27,545 nt of DNA from a virus (taxonomy: Duplodnaviria; Caudoviricetes): the IMG/VR virus record IMGVR_UViG_3300033050_000026, positions 1-27,545 of that record, one strand, 5' to 3'. This document shows positions 1-6,868 of this stretch, one piece after another. Position 1 is the stretch's first letter, and the number at the start of each line of letters is the position of its first letter. The notes beneath the pieces are model-generated. The model was not told the origin of the DNA. It saw only the letters and a list, made by a program, of their open reading frames with translations, and searched no databases. Both the position numbers and the translations under genes were made by a program.

Positions 1-105
1 AATCTGAGTGGTGTCGATCTTAGCGGTATTGATCTAAGCGGTGTCGATCTGAGAGGTGTCGATCTGAGAGGTGTCGATCTCAGAGGTGTCGATCTGAGTG
101 TTGTC
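1..105 (+). repeat. 15-nt coding tandem repeat (consensus GATCTGAGAGGTGTC), about 7 units
   Basis: Directly visible; encodes the pentapeptide repeats. Confidence 0.9.
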
Positions 106-408
106 GGTTGGATACCAAAGATCGAAAACATCCACACCGCCGTATATGCTGCGGCAAGCAAAGACAATGCTCTCGATATGGGAGATTGGCCTAAGTGCGA
201 CTCAACACATTGCCGAGCAGGGTGGGTAGTCATCCTTGCCGGGGAAGCGGGGAAAGTTATGGAAGATCTCTACGGTACAGGTGTGGCGGCGGCGTTAATC
301 TACATGGCTAGCGATCCGACCATGGAAAGTATACCAAATTGGCTAGCGTCATCTGAGACGGCCCTTAAAGATATGAAAGAAATGGCAGAGGCGGAACAAC
401 GACCTTAA
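1..408 (+). CDS. Pentapeptide-repeat protein with C-terminal CxxxHCRAGW domain (5' truncated by window edge)
   Basis: Frame 1 is open from base 1: NLSGV DLSGI DLSGV DLRGV DLRGV DLRGV DLSVV GWIPKIENIH..., continuing in frame into the listed 178..408 ORF. The ATG at 178 is therefore internal. Confidence 0.85.
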   Translation, partial: NLSGVDLSGIDLSGVDLRGVDLRGVDLRGVDLSVVGWIPKIENIHTAVYAAASKDNALDMGDWPKCDSTHCRAGWVVILAGEAGKVMEDLYGTGVAAALIYMASDPTMESIPNWLASSETALKDMKEMAEAEQRP

Positions 409-420
409 GGAGACCGATAC

Positions 421-684
421 GTGAACCATAAACTTAAAATTAAACCAGCTTATTTGGCAGCGAAAGCTATGGGGGAAAAATTATTTGAAGTTAGGCGTAA
501 CGACAGGGATTTTAAGGTCGGTGATACAGTGGCGTATAGTCAGCCTTTTTCAAACATGTATGACAAGCAATACGTTTACGAAATCACCTATGTCAGTGAC
601 TTTATGCAAGCCCCAGGGTACATTGTTTTTGGCGAGCGTCAGGTCGGCAATATGGTTCTTGCCCTGCGCAGGGGAAGAAAATGA
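421..684 (+). CDS. ASCH/PUA-like domain protein (DUF3850-like)
   Basis: HKLKIKPAY...GEKLFEVRRNDRDFKVGD...EITYV...GYIV matches the phage ASCH/DUF3850 pattern; SD TAAGGAG upstream of GTG. Confidence 0.85.
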   Translation: MNHKLKIKPAYLAAKAMGEKLFEVRRNDRDFKVGDTVAYSQPFSNMYDKQYVYEITYVSDFMQAPGYIVFGERQVGNMVLALRRGRK

Positions 685-823
685 AAGTTGTCAACATGAA
701 TAAAGAGCGCGTTGAGGATGTGGTTGAATTTCTTGAGGAGCTATTAAGCTAGATGCTCGTTACCAGCATCTAGCTAAGCAGTTTTACTTAGAGAACATCG
801 ACGATAGGGCGGTTTTTAATTAA
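681..823 (+). pseudogene. Short ORF (681..752, 23 aa) with a possible -1-frame continuation to 823; gene remnant or frameshifted gene
   Basis: ATGA overlap with the upstream stop. MKVVNMNKERVEDVVEFLEELLS* is followed in the -1 frame by LDARYQHLAKQFYLENIDDRAVFN*. Confidence 0.35.
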
Positions 824-839
824 ATCAGAGGCGAGAAAG

Positions 840-1217
840 ATGAGCAAGTATGAACAGTGTGAGCTAAAGGTGGAAGAGTATGAAGATGACGTCAACCCCG
901 TGATGTTTTACTTTACTTGTAAGATCGGTGGGGTAGTTTGTCGGGGAAGCCGTGCCCACGCCCATCACTCAGATGCCATTAAAGCCGGTAAAGAGTTTAT
1001 TGATGGCCGCAATGTAGCTGACATGTTCCAAGAATGGCTTTTAGGCCATGAGTTTAGAGTCAAAGAGGCGTATCCAATTTTTTACTGGTATGCAGAATTT
1101 GATGACGTAACTGTAACTTGTAAACCTATGTCTACGAGAGCCTATGCAAAGGCAATGGGTGAAAAGTTCCTACGCACAATATACGATTTAGAAAATAACC
1201 AAAAGAGCCGACCTTAA
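840..1217 (+). CDS. Hypothetical protein, paralogue of 1548..1940, with two internal beta-beta-beta-alpha-like repeats
   Basis: SD GAGG; aligns end to end with 1548..1940 (YxxCxLxVxEY, IxGVxCR, AGxEFID, FYW, LRTIYDxENNQK). Confidence 0.8.
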   Translation: MSKYEQCELKVEEYEDDVNPVMFYFTCKIGGVVCRGSRAHAHHSDAIKAGKEFIDGRNVADMFQEWLLGHEFRVKEAYPIFYWYAEFDDVTVTCKPMSTRAYAKAMGEKFLRTIYDLENNQKSRP

Positions 1218-1240
1218 ATAATCCAACTTGGAGCGTAACA

Positions 1241-1561
1241 ATGACTACGGAGTATACTAACTTATACATGATGCCTACCGACAAACTCATCGCAATGGCA
1301 GACTTATCTAATCCGGAGATCAGCGAACTGGTGAAGCGTATTGAGACTATGATGCGCGATAGCAAAGTACTGTGGTCTTCGGTCGAGGCTGGCCATCAAG
1401 TTGATAAGAGCAGAATTGAACATCTAACTAAACAGTTAGAGGTCGGAAAAATAAAAAACGAGGCTTTAGAAGAAACTGTAGCTGGCCTTGAGTGTAGGGT
1501 TGGAGCGGCTGATAAAGTTTTTATAACTAAAATAGAGGGTTTATTAAATGAACAGATATGA
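1241..1561 (+). CDS. Hypothetical coiled-coil protein
   Basis: SD GGAG, helical heptad-like composition, overlaps the start of the next gene. Confidence 0.7.
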   Translation: MTTEYTNLYMMPTDKLIAMADLSNPEISELVKRIETMMRDSKVLWSSVEAGHQVDKSRIEHLTKQLEVGKIKNEALEETVAGLECRVGAADKVFITKIEGLLNEQI

Positions 1562-1940
1562 CGAATGTGATTTGGCAGTTAAAGAATACGTAAAGGATGG
1601 CACGACAATCGAATCTTTTGAGGACGATTTTGACGGCGTCAGTATAAATGGGGTGAGCTGTCGAAGCGAAATTAAGTATCTATCGCACAAAGCGGCTGTA
1701 GACGCAGGTCGAGAGTTTATTGACACCCACATGGGGTCTAGTCCATTCAATAAATGGCTTTGCCTCCACCGCTATCAGACCAGGTGCGACAATCACGCTT
1801 TTTATTGGGTCGCAACATTACATGGCGAGAATATAACCTCTGATCTTGTAGGTAGCCTTACGCTCGCAGACAGCAATGGACGACAGCTCCTGCGCACAAT
1901 ATACGATATAGAAAATAACCAAAAAGAGGCAACAAAATGA
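1548..1940 (+). CDS. Hypothetical protein, paralogue of 840..1217
   Basis: SD GAGGG; ATGA overlap with the next gene; paralogy visible by alignment. Confidence 0.8.
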   Translation: MNRYDECDLAVKEYVKDGTTIESFEDDFDGVSINGVSCRSEIKYLSHKAAVDAGREFIDTHMGSSPFNKWLCLHRYQTRCDNHAFYWVATLHGENITSDLVGSLTLADSNGRQLLRTIYDIENNQKEATK

Positions 1941-2305
1941 GCAAGCCACAAGTAATATCAATCGATGGCGTTGACTATGTTCGCGCAGATAAAAACCCGG
2001 CAGCTAAGGAAGTTGACGGCATGAAATATTGTGTTGTCCGCACATATTCTGCCGGGGTGCATATAGGATATGTAGAAGAGTTTGGAGTTAAGTATCCGCA
2101 GCACGCGAAGCTCAGAAACTCTCGCAGGCTTCATCAATGGAGTGGGGCCGCCAGCCTTTCTCAGGTCGCCATGGACGGCGTTGACCCCAACTCTCGAATA
2201 GCCATGACTGTTCCTGAGCAGCATCTAACGGATGTGATTGAGGTTATTCCATGCTCAGAAAAGTCTGCTGAGTTTTTTAAGGGCGCAAAATCATGGAAAA
2301 ATTAG
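1937..2305 (+). CDS. DUF6948-like phage protein, copy 1
   Basis: Motifs VVRTYSAGVHIG, RRLHQWSGAASLSQVAMDG, IEVIPCS; 105/122 aa identical to 26941..27309 by manual count. The family name is from memory. Confidence 0.8.
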   Translation: MSKPQVISIDGVDYVRADKNPAAKEVDGMKYCVVRTYSAGVHIGYVEEFGVKYPQHAKLRNSRRLHQWSGAASLSQVAMDGVDPNSRIAMTVPEQHLTDVIEVIPCSEKSAEFFKGAKSWKN

Positions 2306-2550
2306 CCCTACCTAGTATGAGAAGTGCTAAGGCGGGTTGCTCCGGCTCCAGTGATTGTTCTGGCTCGGGCGCTGGCTTTGGCTCGGGCGGCGGCTTTGTC
2401 GATGGCTTTGGCCTTGGCTTCGGTTCTAGCCGGGGTGATGAATTTGGCGCAGGCTCCGGCTCCAGCTCTGGGAATGGTAATGGCTCTGGGCACGGCTCTG
2501 GTCATGGCTCTGGGTACGGCTCTGGTCATGGCTCTGGGTACGGCTCTTAA
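2293..2550 (+). CDS. Gly-rich (Gx)n low-complexity protein, copy 1
   Basis: Overlaps the end of the DUF6948-like gene by 13 nt. The same overlap and a similar N-terminus recur at 27297. Confidence 0.7.
   Translation: MEKLALPSMRSAKAGCSGSSDCSGSGAGFGSGGGFVDGFGLGFGSSRGDEFGAGSGSSSGNGNGSGHGSGHGSGYGSGHGSGYGS
2481..2547 (+). repeat. 24-nt coding tandem repeat (TGGCTCTGGG[C/T]ACGGCTCTGGTCA), about 2.8 units
   Basis: Directly visible; encodes GSG[HY]GSGH. Confidence 0.85.
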
Positions 2551-2577
2551 TAATTATTAAACACAAGAGAAAACAAA

Positions 2578-3234
2578 ATGAAAAACACAGCGCTAGGAAT
2601 TACCGCACTACTATTAGTAACAGTTGGGTCAAGCGATGCTTTTGCATCACGATATGGATACCAGAATAACTACAATTACAACAGCTCGAGCAGCAATGCG
2701 AGCAGTGATTCTAGCAGCACAAGCCGAGCAACCGGGGGGAATGCACTCAGCGCAGCAACAGGCGGTCGAGCAACCGGGTTTGGTGGTAGCTCTGACAACC
2801 AAGTAAATATTGGAGGTGACACAACAACATTTCGTTTCCCCGTTTCGTCTGCGTTTGCACCCCAGGCGATCAACAATGCAGAGTGCGGGCGTGCTGGGGG
2901 CATTGCTGGACAGCTTAGAAATTTCGGTGGCAGCCTTGGGTTACCACTCAGCAACAACCTAGATTGTGATGCCGATAATGATGCAAATTGGCTTATAACA
3001 TTGGGGTACGTGGATGAAGCAATAAAATCAAAATGCCAAAAAAGATCAATGCGACGAGCACACGGTGGTGACGCTCGTGGCCGGAAATCACGCGCAGATA
3101 ATTGCTATAAGGAGCTTAAGACACGGCACGTAGCACCGGTTGCCCAGGTCGTACCAGTCACACCCATTGCTCACAATCACCCCGATATTGACGATAAAAT
3201 AGATCATGCTTTTGCGGTATTACAGAAGAAATAG
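2578..3234 (+). CDS. Exported protein: signal peptide, Ser/Gly/Asn-rich linker, Cys-containing domain
   Basis: MKNTALGITALLLVTVGSSDAFA resembles a Sec signal peptide with AFA cleavage site; core SSAFAP..C..GGIAGQ..GGSLG..DC..LG...A...C; four Cys. Confidence 0.75.
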   Translation: MKNTALGITALLLVTVGSSDAFASRYGYQNNYNYNSSSSNASSDSSSTSRATGGNALSAATGGRATGFGGSSDNQVNIGGDTTTFRFPVSSAFAPQAINNAECGRAGGIAGQLRNFGGSLGLPLSNNLDCDADNDANWLITLGYVDEAIKSKCQKRSMRRAHGGDARGRKSRADNCYKELKTRHVAPVAQVVPVTPIAHNHPDIDDKIDHAFAVLQKK

Positions 3235-3342
3235 AGGACTTGATTCGATAAAACAGCGTCGCTTAGATAGGGCGCTAACTCTTTGACATTAATATTACGT
3301 TATACCCAAAACCAGCAACTAAATTGATATAAGGAGAACAAT

Positions 3343-3459
3343 ATGGACAATGACGAAATTGACAGCGAAGGATTAATCAAAGCGCTGCTTTGGTCTATGC
3401 TAGCAGGAGTTATATGCCTTTCTCTTTTAGGGTGGTGGGTGTGGGAGGTTTTGACGTGA
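3343..3459 (+). CDS. 38-aa single-pass membrane peptide (not in the ORF track)
   Basis: Strong SD TAAGGAG; MDNDEIDSEGLIKALLWSMLAGVICLSLLGWWVWEVLT*; its TGA overlaps the GTG of the next gene (GTGA). Confidence 0.7.
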   Translation: MDNDEIDSEGLIKALLWSMLAGVICLSLLGWWVWEVLT

Positions 3460-3857
3460 AAATAAATGGCAATAACCAACAAGGGTTATCTGGCTCTGTG
3501 ATCTCTTCGTTCTTAAATGTGTATCTGATTATAAAGATGATCTTATTGGTTTTGCTTATCTTTGGGATTATGTTTTTCTTGCTTATATTCAACAGATGCG
3601 AAGCGTCAGAACTTACGGTAAGGCTAGGAGCTGGCTATGCTGAGGCTAGCATCCTCACGCAGAGCGACTGGGGCAACGATCCTCCTGCGGGGCTTGTGGC
3701 ATTTAAATACACCGATGAACTAAGCAACCGGTGGAACTGGGGAGCAGAGGGTATACATGTATCAAATGTCTTTTCTGGCGCACCCTTTAACAATGACCCT
3801 GAGAGTCACTTTAACTACGTAGGTCTGTATTTAGAATATAAACTATGGAGTAACTAG
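3456..3857 (+). CDS. Small outer-membrane beta-strand protein with PagL/LpxR-like HxSN motif
   Basis: Start revised to GTG 3456 (SD GGGAGG, GTGA coupling). Hydrophobic segment ends in CEA; amphipathic strands; GIHVSN; aromatic-rich C-terminal strand YVGLYLEYKLW. Confidence 0.6.
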   Translation: MKINGNNQQGLSGSVISSFLNVYLIIKMILLVLLIFGIMFFLLIFNRCEASELTVRLGAGYAEASILTQSDWGNDPPAGLVAFKYTDELSNRWNWGAEGIHVSNVFSGAPFNNDPESHFNYVGLYLEYKLWSN

Positions 3858-3886
3858 GATGGAAACTGCTAACAAATAGTTAGGGG

Positions 3887-4231
3887 TTAATTATTCCCCA
3901 AGCACATAATCATGTCATCTATTGTGGCTTCATCCTTGATGAAAACACCTAAGCACCGCTTTTCATCAAGGATGATATTCTTTGACTCGTCAGACATTAC
4001 ACCGCTGGACTCACTTGTGAGCGCGAAAATAGGCGATTCAGTTTTATTCTTTAAAATGTCTATGGTCTCTGCACCAAACCCGTCTCTTAGGCTGAGACCG
4101 GTGATAACCATATCGTAGTTGTCATCGATAAAGTCACCCAGACAATCAAAGTGAGTAATATTAACCCCTGGTGTCATTGCCTTAAATCTGTCAGCAAATG
4201 CAGGATCACCATCAATATGCGCTATTTTCAT
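3887..4231 (-). CDS. Stand-alone CheY-like receiver domain, degenerate (pseudo-receiver)
   Basis: MKIAHIDGD..YDMVITGLSLRDGFG..PIFALT..GVFIK follows the REC pattern; ATGA overlap with the upstream gene. Confidence 0.75.
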   Translation of the reverse strand: MKIAHIDGDPAFADRFKAMTPGVNITHFDCLGDFIDDNYDMVITGLSLRDGFGAETIDILKNKTESPIFALTSESSGVMSDESKNIILDEKRCLGVFIKDEATIDDMIMCLGNN

Positions 4232-4524
4232 CTTTTATCTGCCCAAACCCTGTTAATATGATAGCCAATATTCTGTACATTTATGCTCAGCTGCTCTACC
4301 GTCCCTGATAGCTTTTCAACCACTTCAAGCTTTCCCTGCACAAAGTCCATATCCAAATCGTGCTGCTTTAACTCCTGGTCGAAGTGACTAATCTTGCCAT
4401 CGTAGGCAGCGTGCTTAATCTTTATGGCAGAGATTTTACCGCTCACCCACCATGTCGCAGCAGCAGTGCTCATCACCACCGTAGCAGCGGCGCTGACAAC
4501 CGCCCAAGTACTCTCTGTGACCAT
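4228..4524 (-). CDS. Membrane-anchored coiled-coil protein (lysis-region accessory)
   Basis: Start revised to ATG 4524 (MVTESTW; SD GAGGTG); N-terminal hydrophobic helix followed by a heptad pattern. Confidence 0.65.
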   Translation of the reverse strand: MVTESTWAVVSAAATVVMSTAAATWWVSGKISAIKIKHAAYDGKISHFDQELKQHDLDMDFVQGKLEVVEKLSGTVEQLSINVQNIGYHINRVWADKR

Positions 4525-4525
4525 A

Positions 4526-4774
4526 TCACTGCACCTCAAGAAGTCGGATTGAATCCATCCTATCGCTGCACTCAGATAGATAGCTTTTTGATATTGCACT
4601 GTATGCCCCTAAATCAGCCAGAGTCCCCCCAGAAACCCAATCAGGTGCGCCGCAAGGCTCTGTAAGGTGAGCCGGGGGGTGGATATACTCAGGAACCGAT
4701 ATCATCACTGTTCGAGAGCAGCCTATCAAGATCAGGGCCGAGAACATCAATAACAGTTTCATTTGAGCATTCAT
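4526..4774 (-). CDS. o-spanin (Rz1-like lipoprotein)
   Basis: Lipobox LIGC after a hydrophobic signal, Pro-rich PPAHLTEPC, two further Cys; overlaps the 3' end of the i-spanin. Confidence 0.85.
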   Translation of the reverse strand: MNAQMKLLLMFSALILIGCSRTVMISVPEYIHPPAHLTEPCGAPDWVSGGTLADLGAYSAISKSYLSECSDRMDSIRLLEVQ

Positions 4775-5072
4775 GACTGGCCTCTCTTATTTGCCTTATT
4801 ACAGCAGTAATTTCTTGATTTCTTTGTTGTTCTTTAACTTTTAAATCTTTAGCTATTTTAGATAGCAACTGCTCGCGTGCTAAGGCAGCGATAATTGCCA
4901 CTTTTTGCTCTTTCAACACCACGGTAAGGCCTGATACCTCAGCTTTATGCTCAGCCTTTATAGTGGATCGATAATCTATGAAATAGTATGCACCTATTGC
5001 TGATGGTATAAGCATAGCTAAAATATATGGGGCAAGACTTCCAATAATTGGGCCTAGGAATTTAGGGATCAC
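4689..5072 (-). CDS. i-spanin (Rz-like)
   Basis: Start revised to GTG 5072 (SD GGAG); N-terminal TM helix, long coiled coil, C-terminal Cys. Confidence 0.8.
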   Translation of the reverse strand: MIPKFLGPIIGSLAPYILAMLIPSAIGAYYFIDYRSTIKAEHKAEVSGLTVVLKEQKVAIIAALAREQLLSKIAKDLKVKEQQRNQEITAVIRQIREASHECSNETVIDVLGPDLDRLLSNSDDIGS

Positions 5073-5265
5073 TTTTGTTTCTCCACTGATAAAGACCAAC
5101 GGCTACAGCAGGCAGGCCAAGTACTGAGCCTAGGGCGGTTACGGTGCCAAGGGGGATATCCGGCGGGTTAATGAAAGTGAAGCATATGGCAACAGTCACC
5201 ATAACCATAGCCCATACTATAAAAAGGGTTGAGATAATCCTGTATTTATGAAGAAAATTACTCAT
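5062..5265 (-). CDS. Putative class II holin (2 TM segments)
   Basis: 67 aa, two hydrophobic segments, basic C-terminus; lies between the endolysin and the spanins. Confidence 0.7.
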   Translation of the reverse strand: MSNFLHKYRIISTLFIVWAMVMVTVAICFTFINPPDIPLGTVTALGSVLGLPAVAVGLYQWRNKSDP

Positions 5266-5681
5266 GGCCGGTACGTCTTGATTCTCTCGCAGTTCCTGAC
5301 ATCACTATGAACCCAGCTAACGCCAAGCTCAAGACTATTAAGCAAAGGGAATTCATTAGGGTTGGCCAAGATATATTCTTGAACATATTCTTCTTCTACG
5401 TCGGCGAATTTCTTGTCTGATGCCCTGCCAAAGCTGTGCTGTGATGTCTTCGAGTAATAAGGACTGTCAGGAGTTCTAAGCCCAGACCAATGCCTGTTAC
5501 CCCCTATATGCCAGTTGTTTATAGTGATGGGGCCGAATCGATTCCTAAGCTGGTCATCAAGCCTTAGAAGCCTCTCGTCAAATAGTTCCCATGCAGAAGA
5601 AAGTCTTCCCTTCAATGCAAGCTCTTCAAACAGGCCGGGGGATATATATTCCTGAATAATAAAGTGATCTGGTTTATACAT
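5262..5681 (-). CDS. Endolysin, peptidase M15-type Zn peptidase
   Basis: LR..SQHSFGRASD..WVHSD (H-x6-D...H zinc ligands); start revised to MYKPDHF at 5681. Confidence 0.85.
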   Translation of the reverse strand: MYKPDHFIIQEYISPGLFEELALKGRLSSAWELFDERLLRLDDQLRNRFGPITINNWHIGGNRHWSGLRTPDSPYYSKTSQHSFGRASDKKFADVEEEYVQEYILANPNEFPLLNSLELGVSWVHSDVRNCERIKTYRP

Positions 5682-5691
5682 TATTTTACCT

Positions 5692-6867
5692 TTAAGAGTT
5701 AGCGCCATATCCGACTAGAAAAACGAAAACATCACTATCGTCGTAAGCACTCACCCAGTGAATGTCAAACATTCTTGAATTTGATATTTGAATCTTTGCT
5801 GTAGACATGCTGGACGATTGAGTGCTTCTGTTACTAATAATATCACCACCAACTCTATCACTCATAACAGCTACAGAATTAGTAGCAAACAACCCAAAGA
5901 TTGATCCAGTCTTTCTGGTATGCACGTTTATAGCCGCCGTTCTGCCAATGCCTGCGTTGGATGCGAATACATTTAGATATGTTTTAATTTCCAGCCAATC
6001 AGTATTTGATGGGACGAGATTTAAAGGCTGCCATATTATATCTGCCCCGCTTCCAGTTGGGCCAACGCTCGTCCAAACCCCCTGTATTATTGCAGGAGTG
6101 ACAGTTAATGGTACGCCATTAACCACAGGCGCGCCATCAGGAGAATTCACGAATACTGAAACATTACCAGCAGAAGCAGAGGCATCAGCAGCAGAAGCAG
6201 AAGCAGCAGATGCACTTAATGCAGAATCTTCTGCTTGTGCAGTAGCTATCGCCGCCTGATCAGATGAAGTTGTTATCGCTATAATGCCTTCTGCTTCGGC
6301 AACCCCCAAATTCACAAGTGCCGAAGACTCAGCAGTGGCTATGTCACCAAGTGCCGAAGACTCAGCAGTCGCTATGTCACCAAGTGCCTCCGCACCGGCA
6401 GCCTCGGTTAATGCAAAAGATGCAGCAGATTCACCAGCGCTTATTGCCGCCGAAGATGCAGACGCCGCCGCTATGGATATTGAAGCATTTAGTTCACCAA
6501 CTGTGGCCGCAACCATAGATAAAACAATAGATGTCTCTGCAACGATAATAGGATTGTCTGTGTCAACCTCCCATGTGCCAGTGTTATTTGCGCCATCAGT
6601 CACATTAACCTGAGTGCCCTTTGCAATGTCATTTGGCCCGTTCCAATCAGCAGAACGAACCCAAGACCCAGTGCTCACATTATAAATGCCATTCTCGGCG
6701 GCATTATCCTGTCCGGTGACTAAGCATCTATCATTATTTGAAAGGTCAACACCATCAACATTCTGCTCTCCGCTGAGCGTTATATTAACGCTTGCCGCAG
6801 CCAAGCAAGGAACCTTAATTGCTATTGATGAATTAACGCCAAAGCGCCTATCTGTTATTGTCGTCAT
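5692..6867 (-). CDS. Tail fibre / tail-associated protein
   Basis: N-terminal NITLSGEQNVDGV..DRCLV.GQ..AENGIY..W.RSAD typical of tail-fibre N-domains; Ala/Ser-rich coiled stalk; beta-rich C-terminus; follows the ejection proteins. Confidence 0.75.
   Translation of the reverse strand: MTTITDRRFGVNSSIAIKVPCLAAASVNITLSGEQNVDGVDLSNNDRCLVTGQDNAAENGIYNVSTGSWVRSADWNGPNDIAKGTQVNVTDGANNTGTWEVDTDNPIIVAETSIVLSMVAATVGELNASISIAAASASSAAISAGESAASFALTEAAGAEALGDIATAESSALGDIATAESSALVNLGVAEAEGIIAITTSSDQAAIATAQAEDSALSASAASASAADASASAGNVSVFVNSPDGAPVVNGVPLTVTPAIIQGVWTSVGPTGSGADIIWQPLNLVPSNTDWLEIKTYLNVFASNAGIGRTAAINVHTRKTGSIFGLFATNSVAVMSDRVGGDIISNRSTQSSSMSTAKIQISNSRMFDIHWVSAYDDSDVFVFLVGYGANS
6315..6388. repeat. 33-nt tandem duplication in the tail fibre (ALGDIATAESS x2)
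   Basis: CAAGTGCCGAAGACTCAGCAGT[G/C]GCTATGTCAC at 6315 and 6348, plus a partial third copy. Confidence 0.9.
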
Positions 6868-6868
6868 A

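Noticed and set aside
1-105. Tandem repeats here and at 2481, 6315 and near 27400 as CRISPR arrays
   Set aside because: No unique spacers; the main units are multiples of three and lie within coding frames.
400-1217. Two genes ending in CGACCTTAA (RP*) at 400-408 and 1209-1217
   Set aside because: Only 9 nt including the stop codon, with no flanking similarity; compatible with chance.
2270-2305. Programmed -1 frameshift fusing the DUF6948-like and Gly-rich ORFs
   Set aside because: Slippage at GAG TTT TTT meets an immediate TAA in the -1 frame, and TGG AAA AAT is not a canonical X XXY YYZ heptamer. Both copies have their own start codon with an SD-like sequence.
2308-2560. ORFs 2324..2560 (+, MALGTALV repeats) and 2308..2529 (-)
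   Set aside because: Shadow frames of the Gly-rich repeat. Only the Gly frame has a conserved counterpart at 27297.
3255-3306. TTGACA at 3283 as a promoter, and the AGCGTC...GGCGCT hairpin as a terminator
   Set aside because: No -10 at 16-18 nt spacing; the hairpin is imperfect and lacks an adjacent U-tract.
3858-3886. Bidirectional terminator or IHF site at the convergence point
   Set aside because: Only a 5-bp AT-rich stem (CTAAC/GTTAG) with no U-tracts, and a one-mismatch IHF-like match; too weak to call.
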